Shown piece by piece: positions 19,008 through 29,322 of a stretch of DNA of 64,000 nucleotides. The notes beneath the pieces were generated by a model. The model saw nothing but the letters and a program-made list of their open reading frames with translations. It was not told the DNA's origin and did no database searches. Position 1 is the first letter of the stretch. Each line of letters begins with the position of its first letter. A program made the position numbers and the translations under genes. Source of the DNA: Desulfurococcaceae archaeon (GTDB lineage Archaea > Thermoproteota > Thermoprotei_A > Sulfolobales > Desulfurococcaceae); assembly GCA_038816475.1 (NCBI GenBank), contig JAWBAI010000002.1, positions 32,001-96,000 on the forward strand. The letters run 5' to 3'.

Positions 19008-20360
19008 CTATTCCTCTTCCAGAATCTCAGGTGGTAATTTAAGTCCCAGCTTCTTTACTACATCCTTTCTTCTGAGAGTTTTGAGCATTTTCTTCATAAG
19101 TTCATACTGCCTAATCAATTCACGTACGTCTTCTACGTCAACACCTGCTCCTCTTGCTATGCGCTTCATCCTAGACCTATCAATGAGCTCTGGGTTGTCG
19201 AGCTCCTCGTAGGTCATGGAGTTTATGATTGCTATCCATTTTTCAAGTTTCTCATCAAGCTCCTTGGGGTTTACCTCGAAGGGTATCTTGAGCTCGAATC
19301 CCGGAAGCATTTGCAGAATTTTACGCATAGAGCCCATTTTCTTCAAACTAATCAGTTGCCTATACACTAGTCTCATGTTAAGTTTTCCTCGAAGAAGCTG
19401 TTCCACATCTTTCTCTGTGAACTCTATTTGAGCTCTCTTTACAGCTTCAACCAAGCTCTCAATATCTCCAAGTCCAAGTATTCTAGAGATCAGCTTGGCT
19501 GGTTTGAACACCTCGAGATCCTCTACTTTCTCGCCTACACCAATGAACTTTATTTGAGCACCTGTAGCAGCTACCGCTGATAAAGCTCCACCGCCTTTGG
19601 CTGTTCCATCAAGCTTTGTAATAATTATTGAGCCTATGGGGGTTGTTTCGTGGAATTTCTTAGCTATGCTATAAGCCTGTTGCCCCATTGCTGCATCTAT
19701 GACTAGTATTACCTCGTTTGGCTTCACTTTCTCGTATATGTTCTTCATCTCTTCTAGCAAAGTCTCCTCTCTGTGGTGTCTACCAGCCGTATCTATTATA
19801 ACTATGTCGAAGCCTCTACTCACAAAATAGTCTACACCTCTCGTAGCGATCCCAACAGCATCTTGCTCCCCGGGTTCACCATAAACGGGAACACCTATTT
19901 GTTCACCCAGCTGTTTCAGCTGATCAAAAGCAGCAGGTCTATAAGGGTCAGCTGCAACAAGACCAACCTTGTAGCCCTCCAACTTGTAGTAGTAAGCTAG
20001 CTTAGCGCACGTGGTTGTTTTACCACTACCCTGAAGACCAACAAGGAGAATTACCCACGGTTTTTTCGGGATTCTTACACTCGGTTTTTTATCTCCACCA
20101 AGGAGTTTCAGCAGCTCGTCGTAAACTATTGATATGAACCAGTGTTTTCTCGGAATACCCGGAGGAGGAGTTTCACTAAGCGCTTTCTGCTTAATTCTGT
20201 TCGAAACCTCGGAGACCAGTTTCACGTTCACATCGGATCTTATAAGCTCTTTTTGTAACTCCTTAATGAACTCGTTAACAGCATCCTCGTACTTATCCAG
20301 CTTAAGGAATCTTGAAACTGCCTGCTTTAATCCTTCAAACACCAACTCGCGCTTCACCAT
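19008..20360 (-). CDS. srp54: Signal recognition particle protein SRP54
   Basis: GLQGSGKTT, DTAGR, TKLDGTAKGGGALS, M domain SM...SR..RIARGAG. Confidence 0.97.
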   Translation of the reverse strand: MVKRELVFEGLKQAVSRFLKLDKYEDAVNEFIKELQKELIRSDVNVKLVSEVSNRIKQKALSETPPPGIPRKHWFISIVYDELLKLLGGDKKPSVRIPKKPWVILLVGLQGSGKTTTCAKLAYYYKLEGYKVGLVAADPYRPAAFDQLKQLGEQIGVPVYGEPGEQDAVGIATRGVDYFVSRGFDIVIIDTAGRHHREETLLEEMKNIYEKVKPNEVILVIDAAMGQQAYSIAKKFHETTPIGSIIITKLDGTAKGGGALSAVAATGAQIKFIGVGEKVEDLEVFKPAKLISRILGLGDIESLVEAVKRAQIEFTEKDVEQLLRGKLNMRLVYRQLISLKKMGSMRKILQMLPGFELKIPFEVNPKELDEKLEKWIAIINSMTYEELDNPELIDRSRMKRIARGAGVDVEDVRELIRQYELMKKMLKTLRRKDVVKKLGLKLPPEILEEE

Positions 20361-20393
20361 GTAGCATGCGATATGTTAGGTTAAGCCGAGAAG

Positions 20394-20478
20394 TGCGGGG
20401 GGTGGGATTTGAACCCACGCAGGCCTACGCCAGCGGATCTTAAGTCCGCCCCCTTTGACCAGGCTCGGGCACCCCCGC
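20394..20478 (-). tRNA. tRNA-Leu(UAA)
   Basis: GCGGGGG acceptor stem, anticodon arm GCGGA-CUUAAGA-UCCGC, long variable arm, GUUCAAAUC T loop; CCA not encoded. Confidence 0.95.
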
Positions 20479-20520
20479 CTATTTAAATCTTATTGCTACA
20501 CAAGGATTTTTAAACTAACC

Positions 20521-20578
20521 TCTATCAGCTCGTCGCGAATAAATCATTCCTTCATTCTGGAGCGGCTTCATCACCAGG
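20521..20578 (-). ncRNA. Box C/D methylation guide sRNA
   Basis: Minus strand reads GUGAUGA(C)-agccgcuccaga-AUGA(D')-agga-AUGAUUU(C')-auucgcgacgag-CUGA(D), with two 12-nt guides. Confidence 0.8.
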
Positions 20579-20623
20579 GTACTATGAAGGTGAAAGGGGG
20601 TTATAATACGCACGTGTAGTCTA

Positions 20624-21079
20624 CTATGGTTTGATCACATCGAGGTACTTTTTAGCTTTCTTAATTGTTCCCGTTGTACGATAGGGGACAAGAATGCAGT
20701 CAACTCCTTCGACATTCTTTACGAGACCTAGCGCGGCGACTAGATGATCTGTGTAGATGTGGAGCACTCTAACTACGCCTCTCTGTCTTTCCTCGTCGAA
20801 GAGTACTAGTCGAGGCGAAGCTTTGTGCGTATAAGCTTTACCATAAAGCTCAATAAAAGCATTCCTTATGGTCTTACTCAGTTTCTCGTAGGTTATCTTT
20901 TCTTCGCATACAGCTGCAAAAACCACGTATCTCTTACGTAGCTTCTTCGCGGAGATCTCGGGCATTGTTCTAGCCAAAACAAACTTGTAAAGTCTGTAGG
21001 CTTTTCTCAGCAGTACAACTACTATTGCAAGCAAAGCTAGCGATAAACAAATCAGTACTGCTGAAAGTAGCTCGATCAT
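20624..21079 (-). CDS. rnp2: RNase P protein component 2 (Pop5/Rpp14) with N-terminal hydrophobic helix
   Basis: RKRYVVF, GVVRV, TTGTIKKAK motifs; next to Rpp30. Confidence 0.85.
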   Translation of the reverse strand: MIELLSAVLICLSLALLAIVVVLLRKAYRLYKFVLARTMPEISAKKLRKRYVVFAAVCEEKITYEKLSKTIRNAFIELYGKAYTHKASPRLVLFDEERQRGVVRVLHIYTDHLVAALGLVKNVEGVDCILVPYRTTGTIKKAKKYLDVIKP

Positions 21080-21175
21080 GCCTTGACTACCAAAAACGCT
21101 AATAGATAACCCTAGGTAAAAATGCAACTTGTTTTGCTTTTACCTTGAAACAACACCGCGCTAGAAGATAACACT

Positions 21176-21814
21176 CTAAACTCCGTTTTTTACAGTAGTA
21201 TTCGGCGTTGCTACATCTTTCCTGGTGACAACTTGACGCGGGAAATCTGTTACTGACAGCAGTGCCAAGCTCTCTGGTACATCAAATAGCACTTGCAGAA
21301 GCTTAACTATAACGTATGGTGGAAAGAGCTTTTTCCAAGAGTCTGCTCCCGAGCCCGCAATGAGCCCTGTCTTGTTCCTTAAGAGCAAGTTGATGCGTCT
21401 AAACACTGCTCCACGGGTATCGATGCTCAAATCGAGAATATGGTTAAGATCTATTTCCACGGGTTTACCATAGTAGCTCATAGTGCTGAACTGCTTTTTG
21501 TCAAATAACTCTATTGTATTCAAGGTTAACATTATGGTGTCTACTCTAGTATCGTGTGATGCCCATCTAGCAACTTCTAAGCTCCTAGGTACTACTGAAA
21601 CAACGTGTTTTCTGTGATCTATTAAAGAAAGCGTTCTCTTGAGACTACCAACATCCTCAGCATTTATCACCTTTTTCCTGTAGACTTCCAGTGGGGGTTG
21701 CTCATCGTACAGCAGTTGCTCGCACACTAATGCTCTATAGCCGAGCTTACTAGCTATCGTCAAAGTTCTCTCATCGCATTTCTTGACGTAGAAATCAATG
21801 TAGAATCTGGGCAA
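21176..21814 (-). CDS. rnp3: RNase P protein component 3 (Rpp30)
   Basis: ASKLGY, VARWASHDTRVD, SGA motifs; eL15-DUF54-Rpp30-Pop5 synteny. Confidence 0.8.
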   Translation of the reverse strand: MPRFYIDFYVKKCDERTLTIASKLGYRALVCEQLLYDEQPPLEVYRKKVINAEDVGSLKRTLSLIDHRKHVVSVVPRSLEVARWASHDTRVDTIMLTLNTIELFDKKQFSTMSYYGKPVEIDLNHILDLSIDTRGAVFRRINLLLRNKTGLIAGSGADSWKKLFPPYVIVKLLQVLFDVPESLALLSVTDFPRQVVTRKDVATPNTTVKNGV

Positions 21815-21825
21815 AGTAACTCCTC

Positions 21826-22305
21826 TCACAATATAATATTGAATCTCCTAAGGTACTCTATCACGTCCGATCTTCTCTTAGCATTCCTGAACGATAGTAC
21901 CAATTTGACTATGTCATCTGAATCAACTACTTTAAACCTCCCGTAGTAGAGATCCTGCTTTGAGAGTCTTATAATAAACCTGCTAGTCCTTGGATCGAAC
22001 CTTAAATCGAAGGTTGTTTTGAGAATGCTCTTTTCGAGATCACTTAGAGACATCGCTATATGGCTTAAAACAGCTTCAATTTGTTGCCTAGAGTTTATTT
22101 TTACGTGGACTACTCCTATGGGGTTGCCGTAGTAACCCTCATACCACGTGTAGTTTACCTTTATGTAACCCCTTAGATCAGGGTGAATGATATTTCTAAC
22201 GGACGTTTCGACCTTACTACAGTCCTCCGTCGCATGGCAATAAGTTATGATCTCTACTTGTGAAACATCTACTTTTCTTCCTTCAGTCTTTCCGCTATTT
22301 GCCAT
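21826..22305 (-). CDS. DUF54/COG1325 putative RNA-binding protein
   Basis: HATED..KV, GYYGNPI, IRLSKQ motifs. Confidence 0.85.
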   Translation of the reverse strand: MANSGKTEGRKVDVSQVEIITYCHATEDCSKVETSVRNIIHPDLRGYIKVNYTWYEGYYGNPIGVVHVKINSRQQIEAVLSHIAMSLSDLEKSILKTTFDLRFDPRTSRFIIRLSKQDLYYGRFKVVDSDDIVKLVLSFRNAKRRSDVIEYLRRFNIIL

Positions 22306-22940
22306 GGTTCACGAGCTCCTCTACTGGCTTCATGACGTTTTTTCAACAACCTCTCTTTCTGCTTTCTCTTCCACTTATAGTACACTGTTCCACGTAGACC
22401 TCTGCTCTTTCTTAAACCACGCATTTTCTTACCAGCGCTTGTGAGTCCTCTAAACACTCTTCCTCTGTTCTGAGGCTCGCAGATCCAGCTTATATCAGGG
22501 TCTCTGCATACTGCTGGGTGACTTCTGTCGACTAGTATAACTTCAAACCACTTGTACCTACCATCTTCTCCAACATAGTAGCTGTTCAGCACTTCTAGGT
22601 TTCTGTACTTCCTCGCAGCTCTCTCCTCGGCAATCAACCTTAGACTCTTCGCTGGTGCGTATCCATGCACACCCATTCTCTTCGGTCTTCTACCACTGTC
22701 AGGTCTAGGCTTTCTCTGACCCCCCTTTCTTACGCGTACTCTTACAACTATAAATCCTACTTTAGCCTTGTACCCCAGCGCACGAGCTCTATCAAGCCTT
22801 GAAGGCTTGTCTATTCTAACTACTGAGGGCTCTCTTCTCCATTTGATCAGCTTTAATCTCAGTAGTTCCCTATAACCCGGTTCTCCTTTAAACATTCTAT
22901 GCCAAGTTTCCGATACGTAGTGGTACATGCTCTTTGCCAT
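22269..22940 (-). CDS. rpl15e: 50S ribosomal protein eL15
   Basis: [39 protein letters not shown]. Confidence 0.97.
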   Translation of the reverse strand: MAKSMYHYVSETWHRMFKGEPGYRELLRLKLIKWRREPSVVRIDKPSRLDRARALGYKAKVGFIVVRVRVRKGGQRKPRPDSGRRPKRMGVHGYAPAKSLRLIAEERAARKYRNLEVLNSYYVGEDGRYKWFEVILVDRSHPAVCRDPDISWICEPQNRGRVFRGLTSAGKKMRGLRKSRGLRGTVYYKWKRKQKERLLKKRHEASRGAREPWQIAERLKEEK

Positions 22941-23019
22941 GGCTAAAAGCACCGTTCACCAATCCACGTACTAATCTACATAAATGTCTAAGTAGGGGTT
23001 TATATAAGAAGGTGCCAAA

Positions 23020-24249
23020 ATGCCTCCGCCTGAGAAGCTTATAGGCATCGTAGGAAAAACCAACGTTGGTAAATCAACACTATTCGCAGCACTAACATTA
23101 ATCCCGGTCAAGATCGCCGATCACCCGTTTACAACCATTGAACCAAACGTGGGGATTGGACATGTAGATAAGAGATGCGTTCACTTAGAACTAAAGCTGG
23201 AGTCCTGCACCCCCAAGTCCGGTTTCTGCATTAAGGGAACAAGATTTATACCGGTAAAGCTCATGGACGTTGCAGGTTTAATTCCAGGTGCTAGTAGGGG
23301 TAGAGGTCTGGGTAACAAGTTTATGGATGACCTTAGACAGGCTGATGTGCTAATACATGTTGTTGACGCTTCTGGTTCAACAGACCTCGAAGGTAACAGA
23401 GCAAAACCAGGTACCTATGATCCCCTTGAAGAAGCTGAACTAATAAGGTCAGAGATAGATGAATGGTTCAAGCAAACAATACTGAGAATATGGAATAGCA
23501 AGATCTCGAGATACCTCTACGCATCGCAGAATCCCATAGAGGACATATACCAGAACCTCGCGGGGCTCAGCATAAAGAGAAAGCACATAGCGGAAGCTAT
23601 AAAAATGGCGGACTTGGAAAACAAGCATCCGAAGTTCTGGACAACAAGCGATGTTGAGGAGTTTTCGCTTAAACTAAGAGAACTTTCGAAACCCATAATT
23701 ATAGCAGCTAACAAAGCTGATGCACCTGAAGCTAGAGACAACATTAAGAGGCTTGCAGAATTCTTTGGAAACGAGAACGTAGTTCCAGTTAGTGCGCTAG
23801 CTGAGTTCATACTGAAGAAGGCGCATCAAAGCGGGGTAATAAACTATGTTCCTGGTCAATCCAGTTATGAACTCAGAGTATCTTCAGACAAGCTCACGCG
23901 TGAACAGCTGAGAATACTTGAACTGATAGAAAACAACGTGTTAAAAGTCTATGGATCAACAGGAGTTCAGTTGCTTCTCAGGAAAGCTGTTTTCGAAAAA
24001 CTAAAGCTTATAACGGTTTACCCCGTGGAGAACGAAAACAAGTACACAGATCATCACGGTAACGTACTGCCCGATGCTTACCTTGTGGAGAAGGGGACTA
24101 CAGCAAGAGAGCTTGCGTACATGATACACACGGAGCTGGGAGAAAGCTTTCTTTACGCTGTCGATGCTAAGAGAAAGAGGCGCGTAGGAGAACTCTACGT
24201 TCTCGAAGACGACGACGTTATCAAGGTAGTTGCTGCTAAGGCTCGGTAG
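23020..24249 (+). CDS. Obg/YchF-family translation-associated GTPase with TGS domain
   Basis: GKTNVGKST, PFTTIEPN, DVAGL, ANKAD, C-terminal TGS domain. Confidence 0.92.
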   Translation: MPPPEKLIGIVGKTNVGKSTLFAALTLIPVKIADHPFTTIEPNVGIGHVDKRCVHLELKLESCTPKSGFCIKGTRFIPVKLMDVAGLIPGASRGRGLGNKFMDDLRQADVLIHVVDASGSTDLEGNRAKPGTYDPLEEAELIRSEIDEWFKQTILRIWNSKISRYLYASQNPIEDIYQNLAGLSIKRKHIAEAIKMADLENKHPKFWTTSDVEEFSLKLRELSKPIIIAANKADAPEARDNIKRLAEFFGNENVVPVSALAEFILKKAHQSGVINYVPGQSSYELRVSSDKLTREQLRILELIENNVLKVYGSTGVQLLLRKAVFEKLKLITVYPVENENKYTDHHGNVLPDAYLVEKGTTARELAYMIHTELGESFLYAVDAKRKRRVGELYVLEDDDVIKVVAAKAR

Positions 24250-24646
24250 ACTTCTCTTCGATCTGCCCATGAACAGTCATTCTGCTGTTCCTGCGCTTCA
24301 TAGCTTTTACCATCTGCCAGTACTTTCTGGCTTGCTTATAGTAGTAGTCATCCTCCTTCCTTCCTCCAAAAGCTTCTATGCCACCGCTTTCCAGTTTCCT
24401 CTTCAGTTCCTCTGCTTCTTCAGTTGTAAGTTCTCCTCTTCTCAGCAGGTACTCTATAACTTTGAACGCTTCATCCACGGTTTTACAACGTCTAATGTAA
24501 TCAACAACTGTTGGTACGTATCCACGCCAGGGGTCAGGTAAACCCGTTTTAACTCTCAACGTGATTTTCTCTGTTTCTCCTTCAAGAATCTCCTTTGCTA
24601 ACCATGGAAACTTCTTTTTAAACTCCTCGATATCGTACTCTCCCAA
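24236..24646 (-). CDS. DUF2095 family protein
   Basis: FKKKFPWLAKE, PTVVDYIRRC.T..EA..VIEYL..RGE, DYYY. Confidence 0.8.
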   Translation of the reverse strand: MGEYDIEEFKKKFPWLAKEILEGETEKITLRVKTGLPDPWRGYVPTVVDYIRRCKTVDEAFKVIEYLLRRGELTTEEAEELKRKLESGGIEAFGGRKEDDYYYKQARKYWQMVKAMKRRNSRMTVHGQIEEKSTEP

Positions 24647-24649
24647 AAA

Positions 24650-25897
24650 CTACTCACCAAGCATTGATCGGCTTTGAGGGTATTTAGCATTTGAGGGAAC
24701 ATCTCTATAAACCACAGACCCCGGAAGAACCCAGCTGCAAGAACCAATTTTTACACCAGGCATAATCGAGACATTTACTCCGGTCTGAGCATAGCCACCT
24801 ATAATGGATCCGAGTTTGATTCTCCCGGTGTCCTCCAGCTTGTCTTTTACACGCATTTTCACATTTCTTCTATCAAATCTGAGGTTGGCTAGAACCGTTC
24901 CAGCTCCAAGGTTGACATGCTCGCAGACTACACTATCACCAATGTATGTTAAATGGGATGCATGAACGTTCTCGAAGATCACACTTTCCTTTACCTCTAC
25001 GGAAAACCCTATCTTAGAACCTGAGCATATGACGCTCCACGGACGAATAAGTGCTGAGGGTCCCACCTCGACGTTTCCGTCTATGTAGACCGGCCCTAAG
25101 ATCGTTGTGTAAGGATACACAGTACTGTTTTCCCCTATGAACACCGGCTCTCGGATGGTTACTGGCTCAATTATGTAGCCTCGTACTTCGTGTTTTATGC
25201 TTTTGAGTGCTAACTTGTTCGCTTCTATTACGTGCCAAGGTTTACCTATATCCACCCAGTTGCCTTGATAAAGGTAAACTTTCACGGGTTTCTGAGAGGC
25301 TATTCTAGTTACAATATCTGTTAGCTCGTACTCTCCGCGCGGACTAAGAGGAATATTGCTATTCTCGATAATGTCCCTCGTATTAAGCTTGTAAACACCA
25401 ACGTTCACGAGAGTCGTTTCCGGCTGCTCAGGCTTCTCAACTATTTTAACCAGGTTCGAGTTCTTGATGTATAAGACACCGTAGTCCCTGGGATCATTCA
25501 CATGAGACCCCACAACGTAGTAGCCCTCTAATTCAGCCATCCTACCGTAGATGCTCCAGTCTTCGAAGTAAAGGTCTGCGTAAGTTATTACAACATCTTC
25601 CTCAGGACCTAAAGCTTCTGATGCTTTTACAACTGCATCCCCCGTTCCGAGAGCCTTTCCTTGATCTACGAACTTGAGTTTGCCTCTGAAATGAGGCTTC
25701 GACTCGAAATAGTTCACAATGAAATCCTTCATGTAGCTCACAACAACCACTATTTCTTCGAATCCGGCTCTCATCAAAGCCTCCACGTGCCATTCCAGTA
25801 CAGGTCTGCAGAGAACAGGTATCATTGATTTAGGTCTGGTTTCAGTTATGGGTCGAAGACGAACACCTTCTCCAGCTGCTAGAATTATCGCTTTCAA
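24650..25897 (-). CDS. glmU: Bifunctional sugar-1-phosphate nucleotidyltransferase/acetyltransferase (archaeal GlmU)
   Basis: LAAGEGVRLRP.T..RPK, SPRGEYELTD, hexapeptide repeats, HLTYIGDS, NLRFD. Confidence 0.88.
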   Translation of the reverse strand: MKAIILAAGEGVRLRPITETRPKSMIPVLCRPVLEWHVEALMRAGFEEIVVVVSYMKDFIVNYFESKPHFRGKLKFVDQGKALGTGDAVVKASEALGPEEDVVITYADLYFEDWSIYGRMAELEGYYVVGSHVNDPRDYGVLYIKNSNLVKIVEKPEQPETTLVNVGVYKLNTRDIIENSNIPLSPRGEYELTDIVTRIASQKPVKVYLYQGNWVDIGKPWHVIEANKLALKSIKHEVRGYIIEPVTIREPVFIGENSTVYPYTTILGPVYIDGNVEVGPSALIRPWSVICSGSKIGFSVEVKESVIFENVHASHLTYIGDSVVCEHVNLGAGTVLANLRFDRRNVKMRVKDKLEDTGRIKLGSIIGGYAQTGVNVSIMPGVKIGSCSWVLPGSVVYRDVPSNAKYPQSRSMLGE

Positions 25898-25972
25898 CGA
25901 ATCACCAAAGTAGACTATGAAAACCTTTAAATTAAAGCGTTCTAAGGAGAGCCAAAAGCAAGGGCTTTGGGA

Positions 25973-26614
25973 CTACTTCACGAGAGTTTTGCGTAGCTGT
26001 ATAGGTGAGATGACCACGGCTGGTTTAGGACCTTCAGGTGTAGGGATCATTAAGAGCTTTGTTTTATAGACCTCAACTCTTCTCACAGGATATATTTTCT
26101 TCGCAAGAGCGTGTATCTCGTTCGATATTTTACCATTGAGGATCTCAGTGTACAACTCGTCGAGAGTTACTTCGGAGGCCTTCTTCACAATGTACTCTTT
26201 CATTAATTTTCTAATAGCTATTTTCTGGCTTGATTTGCACCTGTAACTGGTTAAAGTTATGATCGTTATTCTGAGAACGTAGCCATCCTTTGTTTGAATA
26301 TCGAATATACCCTGTATTTTACTGCTTTTTCTTCTCACGAGGCTTTTCATATAGTCTCTTGCTAGTTCATGTCCCTTTATCCTGGTAATAGCTTTATCTC
26401 CTTCAACGCTTATTATCTGAAAGTAGAGTTTCACGTGAACCTGCGTTATGTCTCCGGTTATATCGTAGAGAGTTGTTTCCAGAACTCTACCAATCAGCTT
26501 ATCTGGATCGTCCGATGGAATAGTACCTAAGCTCATGTTTCCAAACAACGGTGGTGCGATAACCTCATACCACTTCTTGAGTTTCCACTTATCTTTTACA
26601 ACAGGTTTGGACAA
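25973..26614 (-). CDS. rps3ae: 30S ribosomal protein eS1 (S3Ae)
   Basis: KDKWKLKKWY, GRVLETTLYDITGD, KIYPVRRVEV. Confidence 0.96.
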   Translation of the reverse strand: MSKPVVKDKWKLKKWYEVIAPPLFGNMSLGTIPSDDPDKLIGRVLETTLYDITGDITQVHVKLYFQIISVEGDKAITRIKGHELARDYMKSLVRRKSSKIQGIFDIQTKDGYVLRITIITLTSYRCKSSQKIAIRKLMKEYIVKKASEVTLDELYTEILNGKISNEIHALAKKIYPVRRVEVYKTKLLMIPTPEGPKPAVVISPIQLRKTLVK

Positions 26615-26700
26615 ACCGCTTACCCCTTCATTTCATCAGTAAGCTTGAAACTTGTTCCAGTAGTCTGCTTTAAGTATATCTGGGTTTTTATATAACACTG

Positions 26701-26988
26701 CTAGCTCTCTGCATAGAGAGTTTTGAGCTGTTTCATCAACATGTTTGTTATAGAGAGAATCTCGTCAACGGTTGACCGTGTCCTCAGTATCGAGACTAGC
26801 AGAGAATCTCCTTTAACAGAAATTTTTATGTTGTACTCGTACTCGGCGTTAAGGATCCTTATGGAGTCTTCAACTATCATGCCCAGTGGAGCGTTCTTGT
26901 TGTCAGGGGCAAGAGCTCTCTTGATGGCTTCAAGCAACCTGAGATCGCTTGTGGAAATTACCACTTTAGCTTCTACTGGAGCGTACAT
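26701..26988 (-). CDS. KEOPS Pcc1-like protein
   Basis: AIKRALAPDN and LRTRSTVDEIL helix; position in the uS15-DHH-Pcc1-eS1 cluster. Confidence 0.65.
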   Translation of the reverse strand: MYAPVEAKVVISTSDLRLLEAIKRALAPDNKNAPLGMIVEDSIRILNAEYEYNIKISVKGDSLLVSILRTRSTVDEILSITNMLMKQLKTLYAES

Positions 26989-28097
26989 GTCTGATCGGGC
27001 TCGCAACTCACGTACGCGTTTTCCGGTTTAGTGCCTATTCTCAGAAGTTCTCTTAACACTGTGATTGACCTGTCTTTCACAAGTACTTTAACCGGTTTAT
27101 CCCTAGGAAGCATGTTCACGTACATGAGAACATCTACTGCTAAATCTGGTCTTTCAAGCGCTTCTTCTACTTCGGCTGGTTCTCCTCTTCTAAGAGTGTC
27201 GAGTTGGCTTGTAATGATCTCTGCTACGTAATCTGCGACTTCATCGTATACACTAAGTATTTGCGGAATCGCTGTCTTGTTGAACGATAGTAGAACCAGA
27301 TCGTAAATACAATTCTTACACAAGCTTTCGTAGACAACCATACTACCAATGACTTCACTTAGTTCAAACTCTTTTTGATCCGAAAGCTCGGGTATGAGAA
27401 TGTAGAAGTCTCCAAGAAGGTGTATAATCAATGAAGGGTCTCCCAGAGAATCAGCAATGCTTTTAATCAGGTTCTTGCTTAGTTCATCTCCTCTTATCTC
27501 CTTATACTTGACACTATAGGGGTTTTGCCCTCTAAACGTGCTTTCAACTATCTTTAGTGCTTTATCCGGGACTCCTGTAATTCCCGGAAGTATAGGCATT
27601 AGTGTTCGCGTTAAGGCTGAAACAAGGTTTTTCCTCTTAGCCCCCCATAACCTTAGTGCAGGTGCTTCAACGACAAGCTTGCTTTGAGCTAGCTCACTTA
27701 GTATTCCGTTTTCAACACCTTTGAACTTGCCTCCTTTGAAGTCATAGTAGTTCCTGTAGAAGCCACCTACTAACGCTAGTAGCTTAGCAGATTTGTCAAC
27801 TCCAAACATGGCGTCAAGTAGTGATACAATCTTTGCTGTGGATGAACCGGTGTCAGCGGAAGAATCTATAGCTATCTGCTTCTGCTTGTTAACTGGTGGC
27901 AGATTTATTAAGATTGCAGGGTCATTCGGGTAGTCAACGAGAACTTTTGCATCAATACATACTTTAACATCCCATTGATGATCTATCAGATGCTTCAACA
28001 GTATACCTGATGCAAGAAGTGAATCTAACGATGTATCAGGAACTATAGTAAGGCTTTTGTACGAAGTGATAAAATTCACTATGTCCCGCTCGCTCAA
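26973..28097 (-). CDS. Degenerate DHH/RecJ-like protein (probable Cdc45/GAN ortholog)
   Basis: N-terminal DTSLDSLLASGIL resembles DHH motif I; no DHH triad; LTRTLMPILPGITG; conserved position downstream of uS15. Confidence 0.6.
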   Translation of the reverse strand: MSERDIVNFITSYKSLTIVPDTSLDSLLASGILLKHLIDHQWDVKVCIDAKVLVDYPNDPAILINLPPVNKQKQIAIDSSADTGSSTAKIVSLLDAMFGVDKSAKLLALVGGFYRNYYDFKGGKFKGVENGILSELAQSKLVVEAPALRLWGAKRKNLVSALTRTLMPILPGITGVPDKALKIVESTFRGQNPYSVKYKEIRGDELSKNLIKSIADSLGDPSLIIHLLGDFYILIPELSDQKEFELSEVIGSMVVYESLCKNCIYDLVLLSFNKTAIPQILSVYDEVADYVAEIITSQLDTLRRGEPAEVEEALERPDLAVDVLMYVNMLPRDKPVKVLVKDRSITVLRELLRIGTKPENAYVSCEPDQTCTLQ

Positions 28098-28189
28098 AAC
28101 AGCACCCGTTTAATTATTTCAAATACCTCAAATATAGGAACAGGGGTATAGATATAGCACCTACACTCGTATATATGAGCTACAACTAG

Positions 28190-28681
28190 TTACGCTATCG
28201 ATTCTGATTCAAACTTGTACAAACCAGCTGATACCGTTAACTTAGCTATTTCTGGATCATACTTCCAGCCGGGAGGTAGCTTGCCAATTCTCTTGTAGTA
28301 CTTAGCAAGCCTGTGTATCTTAGATTCAACCTCAATAAGACCCCTCTTGCTGTGATAATCCTTAGGATGCTCCTCGAGATGTCTTCTCAGGTTAACAGCT
28401 TTCTTCATTAAATTGTAAATGTCCTCAGGTACTACGAGCTTAATACCGTGTTTCTCAAGTATTTCCTCGATTTTCTTACCAATTACCTGCTTAATTAATG
28501 GTATACCGAACTGATCCCTCAGAATTTCACCTATCATCGATGGTGGGTAACCCTTCTTTGCTAATTCAACCACTAGTAACTCTATATCACTGGGACTCAT
28601 ATCCAGCTTTAACCACTTCGGAGGCCCCGCTCTAGCCGGCCTCGTCGGATGCGATTGCCCTTTATCACGTCTCTTGTTCAT
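28190..28681 (-). CDS. rps15: 30S ribosomal protein uS15
   Basis: [34 protein letters not shown]. Confidence 0.96.
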   Translation of the reverse strand: MNKRRDKGQSHPTRPARAGPPKWLKLDMSPSDIELLVVELAKKGYPPSMIGEILRDQFGIPLIKQVIGKKIEEILEKHGIKLVVPEDIYNLMKKAVNLRRHLEEHPKDYHSKRGLIEVESKIHRLAKYYKRIGKLPPGWKYDPEIAKLTVSAGLYKFESESIA

Positions 28682-28755
28682 CCAGAAAACACCTAACGTA
28701 GGCTACCTGATACTCAACGGTTATTTGACCTTTTAAAACTAAGCTTAACGAGGTT

Positions 28756-29322
28756 TTAAAGACTTCCTGCGAGGCTTAGGTACTTTTCAAGAACCCTTCG
28801 CGTTGAAATAGCTCTATGACTCTTCGAGTTTTTCTCCTCTATAGTCATTTCCGCAAAGGTTCTCGACTCACCTACGGGTATGAATATTGGATCAAAACCG
28901 AAGCCCTTATCACCTCTTGGTTCTAGCACGATTTCACCGTGAACCTCTCCGGTAGCAACTATAACTCCTTTGCTGAACGCTACAGCAGACGCTGATTTAA
29001 AGCACGCTCGTCTATCTTTAACTCCCTCCATTAGCTTAAGAATACCCTTTATACCAATGGTTCTATACACGTAGCTACTGTAGGGTCCTGGAAACCCGTT
29101 CAAGGCTTCTATGAAGAGTCCTGCGTCCTCAACGAGTACAGGTTTGCTGAGAACAGCATAAGCTATCATAGCTGATTTCAGAACAACCTCTTCTATACTG
29201 TCACTTTGAATTTCCAGTTTTAAGTCCGTGCAGAGCTCCAGTTCTATTCCAAGAGACTCCGCTATCGGTTTAACCTCGTTGTATTTATGAATATTGCTTG
29301 TAACAAAGCATAACTTAGCCAA
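28756..29322 (-). CDS. XTP/dITP diphosphatase (RdgB/HAM1)
   Basis: TSNIHK, EDAGL, GFPGPYS, GFGFDPIF, SHR. Confidence 0.93.
   Translation of the reverse strand: MAKLCFVTSNIHKYNEVKPIAESLGIELELCTDLKLEIQSDSIEEVVLKSAMIAYAVLSKPVLVEDAGLFIEALNGFPGPYSSYVYRTIGIKGILKLMEGVKDRRACFKSASAVAFSKGVIVATGEVHGEIVLEPRGDKGFGFDPIFIPVGESRTFAEMTIEEKNSKSHRAISTRRVLEKYLSLAGSL

Noticed and set aside
26622-26642. TTACTGATGAAATGAAGGGGT (minus strand), resembling a Sulfolobus ORB with G-string
   Set aside because: Single copy in the eS1 leader where GAAGGGGT can serve as the SD; no partner box or unwinding element.
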